A stretch of DNA of 64,000 nt from an uncultured Gammaproteobacteria bacterium (GTDB lineage Bacteria > Pseudomonadota > Gammaproteobacteria > Steroidobacterales > Rariloculaceae). The DNA lies in assembly GCA_963810755.1 (NCBI GenBank), contig CAWEOP010000001.1, positions 89,807 through 153,806 on the forward strand, written 5' to 3'. The notes below the pieces were generated by a model that did not search any database, was not told the DNA's origin, and saw only the letters and a list, made by a program, of their open reading frames with translations. Position numbers and translations under genes: made by a program. Shown here piece after piece: positions 1 to 7,272 of this stretch; position 1 is the first letter of the stretch, and every line of letters starts with the position of its first letter.

Positions 1-72
1 GCCGATCATCGACAGGAACAAGGCGGCGGCAGTCCGGGCGGCCGCGTGCCTCCGCAGCGACGAATGGTTCAT
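1..72 (-). CDS. 5' end of a gene running off the left edge (signal-peptide-like N-terminus MNHSSLRRHAAARTAAALFLSMIG...)
   Basis: Reverse-strand ATG at 72-70 followed by an Ala/Leu-rich hydrophobic stretch. Only 24 codons are visible, so the product is unknown. Confidence 0.25.
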   Translation of the reverse strand, partial: MNHSSLRRHAAARTAAALFLSMIG

Positions 73-338
73 TGGTTCCCCCTGAGCCGAAAGCCCGTTC
101 ACTTTACCACTGCGCCGCGCGGCGGGCGCCGTGCGGACACGACGGGCATCGTGCGGAACGCTGTAGTATCCTTTTCGCACACCGAATCGACCGCTTCGTA
201 AACCCTTCCGACACCGGTCCGGGCGCAGCAAAAAAAGACGCTTCGGGCGGCGAAGAGATCTGAACGACGGCCCGCGGCTTTGTCTAAGCCAATTGCCGCG
301 GTCGGTGCGGTGTGAGTCCAGGGGCTTCGGAGGATTGG

Positions 339-1142
339 ATGGCCGTCTATCAAAATTACTTGCGTGATCGAGCATCGAAGCTCGTCATCCTCGCGATCAT
401 CGCGCTCATCATTCAAGTCATCTACACCGCGTACGTGCGGCCGACCGCCGAAGCGTGGCGTTCCGAGCAACGTGCGATCGCGGCCCGGACGCCGGGCTAC
501 AGCCCGGCGCGCTCCATCTGGGTGATCATTCAGGATCCCGAGCAGGAAGCGACCATCATCGTCGCGATCTGGTCGATGATCCTGTCGGTCATGCGCTTCC
601 GCGAGCTCAAGGCACAACGCGCCCTGCTCAGCGAGGGCTACATGCAGCAGGCGCCGGGCGTCGTGATCTTGCCGAGCGACGCGCGCGAGTATCTGCGTAC
701 CTTCGAGAGTCTGCCGCCGGCGAAGCGCGATTCGGTGCTGCCGCGCGTGCTGGCAGCGGCGCTCAAACGCTTTAGCGCCACGGGCAACGTGCAGGATGCA
801 TCGCAAACCGTGCACAACGTCTGCGAGAGCGAGAACAACCGTTTGGACGCGGAGCTCGCGATCTTGCGCTTCAGCGTGTGGGTGACGCCCGCGCTCGGGT
901 TCGTCGGAACCGTCCGCGGTATCGGCTTGGCGCTGCAGGGCGCGGAGCTCGCCGTGAAGGGCGACACCGGTGCCGTCACGAGCGGCCTCGGCGTGTCGTT
1001 CAATTCGACGTTGGTCGCACTCACGCTGAGCATCTTGCTGATGTACACGCTGCACGAGATCCAGCTCGCTCAGGAGCGGCTCGTGCTCGACGCCGAGAAC
1101 TACGCCGACGAGGAGCTGATCAGCCGCTTGCACAGCGTTTGA
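339..1142 (+). CDS. MotA/TolQ/ExbB proton-channel family protein
   Basis: ORF 312..1142. The ATG at 339 follows GGAGGA (329-334). Four predicted TM helices with a ~100-aa loop between TM2 and TM3. The C-terminal core TPALGFVGTVRGIGLAL...FNSTLVALTLSILLMY resembles the MotA/ExbB channel helices. Confidence 0.7.
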   Translation: MAVYQNYLRDRASKLVILAIIALIIQVIYTAYVRPTAEAWRSEQRAIAARTPGYSPARSIWVIIQDPEQEATIIVAIWSMILSVMRFRELKAQRALLSEGYMQQAPGVVILPSDAREYLRTFESLPPAKRDSVLPRVLAAALKRFSATGNVQDASQTVHNVCESENNRLDAELAILRFSVWVTPALGFVGTVRGIGLALQGAELAVKGDTGAVTSGLGVSFNSTLVALTLSILLMYTLHEIQLAQERLVLDAENYADEELISRLHSV

Positions 1143-1183
1143 TTTCGAGCGGCGCGACGCCGCGTGTTTCTGAGGGGGAACAC

Positions 1184-1606
1184 ATGACCGTTTCACGGGC
1201 CGACCGGCTAGCGCTCGCGCTTCTCGCCGTTGCGGCGTTCGCGGCGTCGAGCGCCGTGAACGCGCACCACTCGTTCGCGATGTTCGACAACGAGAATCAG
1301 ATCAAGCTCAAGGGCACCGTCACGGACTTCCAATGGACCAACCCGCACGTCTACATCGAGGTCGACGCCTCGAACGTGTACGCGGACGACAAGGCCGTGA
1401 AGAATTGGACGATCGAGTGCGCGAACCCGGGAATCCTCAATCGCATCGGTTGGAAGTTCAACATGGTCAAGGCGGGTGACGAGGTCACTCTGATCGTCGC
1501 CCCGCTTCGCAGCGGCGAGCCCGGTGCGCTGCTGAAACAGATCACGTTGCCCGACGGCAAGGTGTTCGCGAACGGCGGTCCCGCCGGCCCCGCGAACATC
1601 CAGTAG
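1184..1606 (+). CDS. small secreted protein, DUF6152-like (copy 1)
   Basis: ATG at 1184. Signal peptide ends ...SSAVNA, then HHSFAMFD. FQWTNPH motif lies ~20 aa later. Three paralogs in the window share both motifs. The family name is from memory and needs an HMM check. Confidence 0.8.
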   Translation: MTVSRADRLALALLAVAAFAASSAVNAHHSFAMFDNENQIKLKGTVTDFQWTNPHVYIEVDASNVYADDKAVKNWTIECANPGILNRIGWKFNMVKAGDEVTLIVAPLRSGEPGALLKQITLPDGKVFANGGPAGPANIQ

Positions 1607-1684
1607 CGAGGTCGACGCCGATGCGACCGACGAATCCGACTGTGCCCGGGCCGAACCGCGGCACGCACGCGCCGGCCCCACGTC

Positions 1685-2473
1685 GTGGCGGCGGCGCTGC
1701 TCGCGCTCGTCGCGCTGCCGGCCGTGCACGCGCAATCACCCGACCGCAGCCGCTCGAGCGAATCCGCCGCCGGCCAGCCTGACTTCAGCGGCACATGGGA
1801 GCGCTGGACGCCGCCGCGCGACCCGAACGCGCCGCCGCGCGGCACGCCGGGCGCCGGGCTCGGGCCGACGTTCGGCGGTACGCCGCCGCCGCTCAAGCCC
1901 GAGTACGCCGCCGCGTACGAGGCCGAGGTCAAGACGCGTCAGGAAGCGGAGCGGCGTGGCGAGCCGATCCCGAGCGCGAACGCGCAGTGCATCCCCGAGG
2001 GAATGCCCGCGATGATGATCGCGTTGTTCCCAATGGAGGTGCTGCAGACGCGCGGCCAGCTCACGATCGTGCAGGAGGCTTTCAGTCAGATCCGCCGCAT
2101 CTACATCGGCGAGGACCCGCCCGCGATCGAGGATGCGGAGCCGTCGTTCTTCGGCCACTCCGGCGCGAAGTGGGACGGCGATACGCTCGTCGTCGAAACC
2201 GTCGGCATCAAGGAGAGCGTGCGCTATCGCAATGCGCCGCACTCGGACCAAATGCGCATCCGCGAGCGCATGCGCGCGCTCGACGCGAATCGCTTCGAGG
2301 ATCAGATCACGATCACGGATCCCGTGTATCTCGCGAGTCCGTGGTCTTGGACCTGGACGTATCAGCGAAAGCCCGGGTACAAGATGTACGAGTACGTCTG
2401 CGAGGACAATCGCGAGTTCGTCGATCCGAACACCGGGGCTCAACGGATGCGATTCAGGGACAAGGCGGAATAG
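1685..2473 (+). CDS. secreted protein of unknown function, partner of the DUF6152-like gene (copy 1)
   Basis: GTG at 1685 and signal peptide LLALVALPAVHA. Motifs QCIPEGMPAMM, KWDGDTLVVET, PHSDQM and YEYVCEDN are shared with four paralogs in the window. Confidence 0.8.
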   Translation: MAAALLALVALPAVHAQSPDRSRSSESAAGQPDFSGTWERWTPPRDPNAPPRGTPGAGLGPTFGGTPPPLKPEYAAAYEAEVKTRQEAERRGEPIPSANAQCIPEGMPAMMIALFPMEVLQTRGQLTIVQEAFSQIRRIYIGEDPPAIEDAEPSFFGHSGAKWDGDTLVVETVGIKESVRYRNAPHSDQMRIRERMRALDANRFEDQITITDPVYLASPWSWTWTYQRKPGYKMYEYVCEDNREFVDPNTGAQRMRFRDKAE

Positions 2474-2488
2474 GTTGGAGAGGTTCGC

Positions 2489-2935
2489 ATGCGAGAACGA
2501 ATAATTAGAACGTCGCTGGCCGTCATGCTGCTCGCGTGCGTCGCAGCGGGCGCGCACGCGCAAACGCTCACGCAGGCGAAGCTCGAGGCCTGGCTGTCCA
2601 GCTACGGCACCGCGTGGGAAATGCGCGACGCGGACCTCGCCGTGCGCATCTTCACCGAGAACGCGACCTATCGGGAGATGCCGTTCGAGGCGCCGAAAGC
2701 CGGGCGCGCGGGTATTCGCGAATACTGGGCAGGAGTGACGGCTGATCAGCGCGACGTGCAGTTCGACTCGAACGTGATCGCGGTGAACGGCAACACGGGC
2801 GTCGCGCACTGGTCCGCGAAGTTCAAGCTCGCGTCGAGCGGCGCGACGGTCGAGCTCGACGGCGTGTTCGTGCTCGAGTTCGACGCGAGCGGCCTCTGCT
2901 CGGGCTTGCGCGAATGGTGGCACGTGCGCGAGTGA
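2489..2935 (+). CDS. secreted SnoaL/NTF2-like fold protein
   Basis: Signal peptide (LAVMLLACVAAGAHA), ~125-aa mature protein. The pattern W..AW...D......F.E.A.Y...P...........YW is typical of NTF2-like/DUF4440 proteins. Confidence 0.6.
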   Translation: MRERIIRTSLAVMLLACVAAGAHAQTLTQAKLEAWLSSYGTAWEMRDADLAVRIFTENATYREMPFEAPKAGRAGIREYWAGVTADQRDVQFDSNVIAVNGNTGVAHWSAKFKLASSGATVELDGVFVLEFDASGLCSGLREWWHVRE

Positions 2936-3032
2936 GCGCGCGCGCCCAGTCGGCGGTATGACGGCCGCATGCACTTGGCGCGGAACTTGCTGATGTCCCC
3001 GTCGAGCTCCGCAAGCAACGACGAGGTCAATC

Positions 3033-3827
3033 GTGAGGAATGCCGCTTGGACCGTGATTCTGCTCGCCGCCGTGTGCGGATCGATTCTCCTCGAGATTCT
3101 CTCGGCGGGGTCCGGCCCGGTGGCCGCAACGTCCGGCTTTTTCTTGGTTTTTTGCGGAACACTGCTGATGGCGCGGCTCAGCCACTCGGCCGACGTGCTG
3201 CGCAGGCTCAAGGAAGCGCTGCTCGAACTGCGGCACGAGCGCGCGGCTGCGGCGGACGATGATCTGCGTCTGCAATCGTTCCTCAAAGCGGCAAGCTTTT
3301 TCCGCTACGGCAATATTCGGCCGGCCGAGGAGGCCGCGCGCAACATTTCGCGACCGGTTCTCCGGCGCGGCACGCAGCTCGTGCTCGACGGGTTCCAGCG
3401 GCCGCAGCTCGCGCTCGCGATGCAGCGACAAATCGCCGAGGAGCGCGAGCGCCTCGTGAGCCCGGTCGATCTGCTGCGCGCGATGTCGGGTTACGCGCCG
3501 ACGCTCGGCATGCTCGGCACGCTGCTCGGTCTCTCGCAGATGCTGTTCGGCGTCGGCACGGGCGACGTGGCGAGCATGGGAGCATCGATGGGCTTCGCGA
3601 TGACGACGACGGTCTACGGCCTCGTGCTCGCGAATTTGATCTTCAAGCCGCTCGCCTCGAAGATCGAGCAGCGCAACCGCCGTCAACTAGCGCAGAGCGT
3701 CGTCGATCTCCAGGCCGTGATGCTGCTCTTCGAGCGCCAGCACCCCGAGTACATCCGCGCAGTGATCAACGACACGCGCGAGCAGTACGTGCCGCCGCCC
3801 GCCGAGCTCGCGCGCGCGGTCGGCTGA
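3033..3827 (+). CDS. MotA-like stator/proton-channel protein
   Basis: GTG at 3033 with GAGG upstream. Two N-terminal TM helices, a cytoplasmic loop, then YAPTLGMLGTLLGL and MTTTVYGLVLANLIFKPLASKI, which match the MotA TM3/TM4 signatures. Confidence 0.8.
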   Translation: MRNAAWTVILLAAVCGSILLEILSAGSGPVAATSGFFLVFCGTLLMARLSHSADVLRRLKEALLELRHERAAAADDDLRLQSFLKAASFFRYGNIRPAEEAARNISRPVLRRGTQLVLDGFQRPQLALAMQRQIAEERERLVSPVDLLRAMSGYAPTLGMLGTLLGLSQMLFGVGTGDVASMGASMGFAMTTTVYGLVLANLIFKPLASKIEQRNRRQLAQSVVDLQAVMLLFERQHPEYIRAVINDTREQYVPPPAELARAVG

Positions 3828-3833
3828 GCCGCG

Positions 3834-4631
3834 ATGCGTTTTCGCAACCTCGCGCAAGGCGCTGACGACGGCGACGCCGAGTCGACCGCGTTGCTCGACG
3901 TCGGTTGGACCTCGGAGGATCGCGAGGACAACTGGCTGATCTCGTACGCCGACCTCTTGAGCGTGATCTTCGCGATGGTCGTGCTGCTCTTCGGGCGAAT
4001 GATGACGGTGAGCCCGCCGCTTGCCGAAGCCGACGAGCTCGACGCCGCCAGGTACGCCGAGCCGCCTAGCAGGATGATCACCGTGGACGGCCGTGCGGCC
4101 GCCGCGTCGACGCTTGCTGACGCGCCGACGCCTGCCGACGTGCCGACAGCTGCCGACGAGCCGACGCCCGAGGATCGGCTTGCGTCGCTCGTCGAGCAGC
4201 GCTTTCCCGGCCAGATCGAGACCCGGCGGCGCGAGCGTGGGCTCTCTCTCGCGATCCCGGCCGTCGCGTTGTTCGATTCCGCGCGGGCGCAGCTGCAGGA
4301 CTCCGCGGTTCCGCTGCTAGGCGACCTCGCGGCCACGTTGCGTGAGGTTGGCGACGCGCGGATCTCCGTCGAGGGGCATACCGACGACGTGCCCGTGCAG
4401 GGCGGCGTGTTCGACTCGAATTGGGATCTCGCCGCCGCGCGCGCCAATGCAGTGACGCGCTATTTACTGGCTCAGGGATTCACGCCGGCGCGACTGCAAT
4501 CGGTGAGCTACGCGGATACACGTCCCGTTGCGGACAACGCTACGGCCGAGGGCCGGGCCGCGAATCGCCGAGTCGAGCTGCAGATCGAGTTCGCGGCCGA
4601 CGCGCCGACGACGCTAGCCGCCGCGGACTAG
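3834..4631 (+). CDS. MotB/OmpA-family protein (stator peptidoglycan anchor)
   Basis: Starts 6 nt after the MotA-like gene. TM segment NWLISYADLLSVIFAMVVLLF carries the conserved Asp. OmpA-like C-terminus VEGHTDDVP...NWDLAAARANAV...NRRVELQI. Confidence 0.85.
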   Translation: MRFRNLAQGADDGDAESTALLDVGWTSEDREDNWLISYADLLSVIFAMVVLLFGRMMTVSPPLAEADELDAARYAEPPSRMITVDGRAAAASTLADAPTPADVPTAADEPTPEDRLASLVEQRFPGQIETRRRERGLSLAIPAVALFDSARAQLQDSAVPLLGDLAATLREVGDARISVEGHTDDVPVQGGVFDSNWDLAAARANAVTRYLLAQGFTPARLQSVSYADTRPVADNATAEGRAANRRVELQIEFAADAPTTLAAAD

Positions 4632-4677
4632 CTGCGCGAGCGGCCGCGGCCGCTGTGCGCGGGGCTGCGTTTGGCGC

Positions 4678-5460
4678 TCAGCGTGCGTCCGGTGTGACCG
4701 TGAGCTTGCCGTCGACGACGGGGTTGCGGTCGTTCTCGTGGCAGTCGCCGTGCACCATTCGATCGACTCCGGGCACGTGCTCGTACGGAATGGTCACCTT
4801 CCAGGGTTTCGCGAGCGCCGCCGGATCTTCCATCGTGAGCTCGTCTTCGATTCGCGAGGGGCTCACCATCCGGATTCGCTCTTTGTAGTGCGCGTTCTCG
4901 CTCAGCACGGGTAGAAAACGGCCGGCCTGCACCGCGATCGTGTCGACGACGAGCGTGTCGCCTTCCCAGTGTCCGACCGAGTCGCCCCACGGCGTGGCCC
5001 AGATGTCGTCCGGGCTCGGATGCGCGCGGCCGTCGGTGTAGATGTGCCGGACCTCGCGGCCGCCCGCGATCACGGCCGTCTCCTCGGGTGTGATCAGAAA
5101 CTGCAGCACCCAGGGCGACTCCATCATGTACGGGAACGGGAAACCGCATTCCTTGTCGTTCGCGCGCTCGGGGGCGTTGCGGACCGCGTTGACTCTAGCG
5201 GCCCACTCGGGCGTGTACGGCGCGCCGTTGAGCAGGTGCCGCGCGCGATCCGACGGATTCGGCGACCGGCCCGAAATGCTGAGCTCGTTCATGACGCCGT
5301 CGGCCGCGATCCAGATGCCCGTCCAGTTCGGCAACGCGGCGAAGGTCCGCGCGCGTGCGTCGCCGTTCGGCTGGGCGCCCGCCGCGCCGGCGAGCAGAAT
5401 CGCGGTCACGGCCGCTCGTGCGGCGATTCGCGCAGCGACTCGCGCGAAAACCGGGCTCAT
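4678..5460 (-). CDS. secreted partner protein of the DUF6152-like gene (copy 2)
   Basis: Start MSPVFARV... at 5460 overlaps the upstream stop as ATGA (5457-5460). Signal peptide present. Motifs ECGFPFPYMM, GHWEGDTLVVDT and HGDCHENDRN. Confidence 0.8.
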   Translation of the reverse strand: MSPVFARVAARIAARAAVTAILLAGAAGAQPNGDARARTFAALPNWTGIWIAADGVMNELSISGRSPNPSDRARHLLNGAPYTPEWAARVNAVRNAPERANDKECGFPFPYMMESPWVLQFLITPEETAVIAGGREVRHIYTDGRAHPSPDDIWATPWGDSVGHWEGDTLVVDTIAVQAGRFLPVLSENAHYKERIRMVSPSRIEDELTMEDPAALAKPWKVTIPYEHVPGVDRMVHGDCHENDRNPVVDGKLTVTPDAR

Positions 5461-5834
5461 GGTGTCTTCTCGAGCGACTTGCCGCCCGCTCCCGTCGCCG
5501 AGACGAACACGCCGGCCTTGAGCGTGGCGTCCCGCGTGGGATGAATGATCACCTCGATCGGGTCGCCGGGCTTCAACGTGCCGGGCCGCCAGCCGTGTTG
5601 GAACAGCTGCATCGGCGCGCCCATCTCGACGCTCCATTCTTCTTGGGCGCCGTCCGCGCCGGCCACGGTCATCTGAATCCAACAGTGCGGATTCGTCCAT
5701 TGATATTCTTTGACTGTGCCCTTGAGCGTGAGGGACTTGTCGCTATCGAACATCGCGCCCGAGTGGTGCGCGGCGGCGGGCGCCGCGATCAGCAACAGCG
5801 CAACGACGAAGCAGACTGTGCGGCCCGCCGGCAT
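5457..5834 (-). CDS. small secreted protein, DUF6152-like (copy 2)
   Basis: Signal peptide ...IAAPAAA, then HHSGAMFD, followed by YQWTNPH. 125 aa. Confidence 0.85.
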   Translation of the reverse strand: MPAGRTVCFVVALLLIAAPAAAHHSGAMFDSDKSLTLKGTVKEYQWTNPHCWIQMTVAGADGAQEEWSVEMGAPMQLFQHGWRPGTLKPGDPIEVIIHPTRDATLKAGVFVSATGAGGKSLEKTP

Positions 5835-5938
5835 GCCGATTCTCCTCGAACGAGATCCACCGAAGTCTCTGCGCGCAAGCTACCCCTTGCCGGCGCGGCT
5901 GCGCAAGGGAGGGGAGGAGCCGGTCAATGCGTCGCCGG

Positions 5939-7129
5939 TTAGCCGGTGCGACGCTTTGCGGCGGGAGCGGCAGCCAGCGCGGATATCGCGATCAGTAGTG
6001 TGTCGGTCACCGGCTCGCGCAGCTCGCGTGCGTGTACCGTGCAATCGACCGCGAGCGTCTTGCCGGCGGCTGCTTCGCGAACCCAGAATCGCGGCGGCTG
6101 TTTGAACGCGGGACTGGACTCGCCCGCCGCGAGTGAGCCGACTTCGGCTTGGACGCCGATCGTATGCCCCCGGACATTCACCAGCGGATACGCTTCGTCG
6201 TGAAGTTGCGCGCCGGGCGCCGCCACTAGGTGCTCCGTAACGCCGATTCCCGGAAGCCGCGGAATCGTCAATTCCACGAACACACCATGCAGCGCGCTCG
6301 CGCCGAGATTGCTGACGACGATGTTGAGCTTGTGCGTGCGGACCTCGAACTCATAGTGCTCGTCCGCCGCGCGATAGTCGTGCGGCGCCTTCCCGATGAG
6401 GAGCCGCAGCGATTCTTCGCTGTGCGGCTCGTAGGCGCCGTCCATTCCGAACTGCTGCGCGTACATCAAGCGCGCGAACTGCGTTTCCGTTCGGCCGAGG
6501 ATTTCTTTCGCGCTTTCTTTGGCGTCGAGCATCTTGCGGAGCTGCCGTGCCGCCTTGGCCGACGGTAGGCCTTCGAGCGGTAACACCGGCAAGCTGATCT
6601 CCGTCTCGATCCGCTCGCCCGCGAAGCCGACACGAACCGCGTTCGGCTCGCTTGCGACCGCGCTCTTCGCGGCGAACATTCGTTGCAAGTCGCCGCGCAG
6701 CAGAGGGAGATGTCGTGTTCCGCGCCGCACCCAACCGGTGCCCGCGGGCGATCCCGCAACGCTGCGCGCGAGTAGATACGGGGGGTCGTCGCACTCGGTC
6801 AAGCAGAGTAGCGCGACCAACTCATCGTGGACCTTGAGCGCACGCAACGTCATCTTGAGCTGCGGCTCGATAGAGTCTGCCAGCAACCGCGGTAGCGAGC
6901 CCTTGAGCTCGCTCACCGACGCGGCCGAGATGCCGGTCAGCACGCGAGGTGAACCGGGAACGTCGCGTACGCCGAAGCAGAGGAAACGCGGCCCGCCGAC
7001 GTCCGCATTCGCGAGCGCGAGCAGGTCTTGCAATAGTTGGACGTGGTCCTGCGGCGCGTAGACGTGCTCGCGAAACGCGAGTCCGGAATGCGCGCTTTCG
7101 CTCAGCACGAGGTCGTCGAGGCGGGCCAT
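5939..7129 (-). CDS. hypothetical protein with an N-terminal AlbA_2/Schlafen-like putative DNA-binding domain
   Basis: ATG at 7129 (MARLDDLVLSESAHSGLAFREHVY...). The stretch LLQDLLALANADVGGPRFLCFGVRD resembles the AlbA_2 core (..FANT.GG.l.iGV.D). The C-terminal ~270 aa are not recognisable. The listed 892-aa ORF upstream of 7129 is a high-GC run-on. Confidence 0.6.
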   Translation of the reverse strand: MARLDDLVLSESAHSGLAFREHVYAPQDHVQLLQDLLALANADVGGPRFLCFGVRDVPGSPRVLTGISAASVSELKGSLPRLLADSIEPQLKMTLRALKVHDELVALLCLTECDDPPYLLARSVAGSPAGTGWVRRGTRHLPLLRGDLQRMFAAKSAVASEPNAVRVGFAGERIETEISLPVLPLEGLPSAKAARQLRKMLDAKESAKEILGRTETQFARLMYAQQFGMDGAYEPHSEESLRLLIGKAPHDYRAADEHYEFEVRTHKLNIVVSNLGASALHGVFVELTIPRLPGIGVTEHLVAAPGAQLHDEAYPLVNVRGHTIGVQAEVGSLAAGESSPAFKQPPRFWVREAAAGKTLAVDCTVHARELREPVTDTLLIAISALAAAPAAKRRTG

Positions 7130-7210
7130 GGTCGACGGAAAGTTTAGCCGCGGTTGCGGCCTCGCGACTTCGACCAGTTCAAGGTTTCGCCGAGCTCGAT
7201 TGACGCGTCC

Positions 7211-7248
7211 CCCGGCGGCGTTCGCGGTCGTGACCGCTCGCCGCCGGG
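7211..7248 (-). terminator. GC-rich nested hairpin downstream of the MetE-like gene
   Basis: CCCGGCGGCG (7211-7220) pairs perfectly with CGCCGCCGGG (7239-7248), and there is an inner GCGGTC/GACCGC stem. No T-run follows, so it is not a canonical intrinsic terminator. Confidence 0.35.
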
Positions 7249-7272
7249 TTCGACGCGCAACCTGCCGCGGCG

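Noticed and set aside
99-1196. 365-aa reverse-strand ORF overlapping the MotA/ExbB-like gene
   Set aside because: It has an Arg/Ala/His-rich low-complexity composition and is antisense to a motif-supported gene. This is a typical spurious open frame in very high-GC DNA.
1736-3286. 516-aa reverse-strand ORF
   Set aside because: It is antisense to three motif-supported genes, is Arg/Ala-rich, and has no recognisable domain.
3033-4631. Zorya-type anti-phage system (ZorA/ZorB are MotA/MotB homologs)
   Set aside because: ZorA proteins are much longer and have a long C-terminal tail. This MotA-like protein is only 264 aa, and no ZorC/D/E-like genes are nearby.
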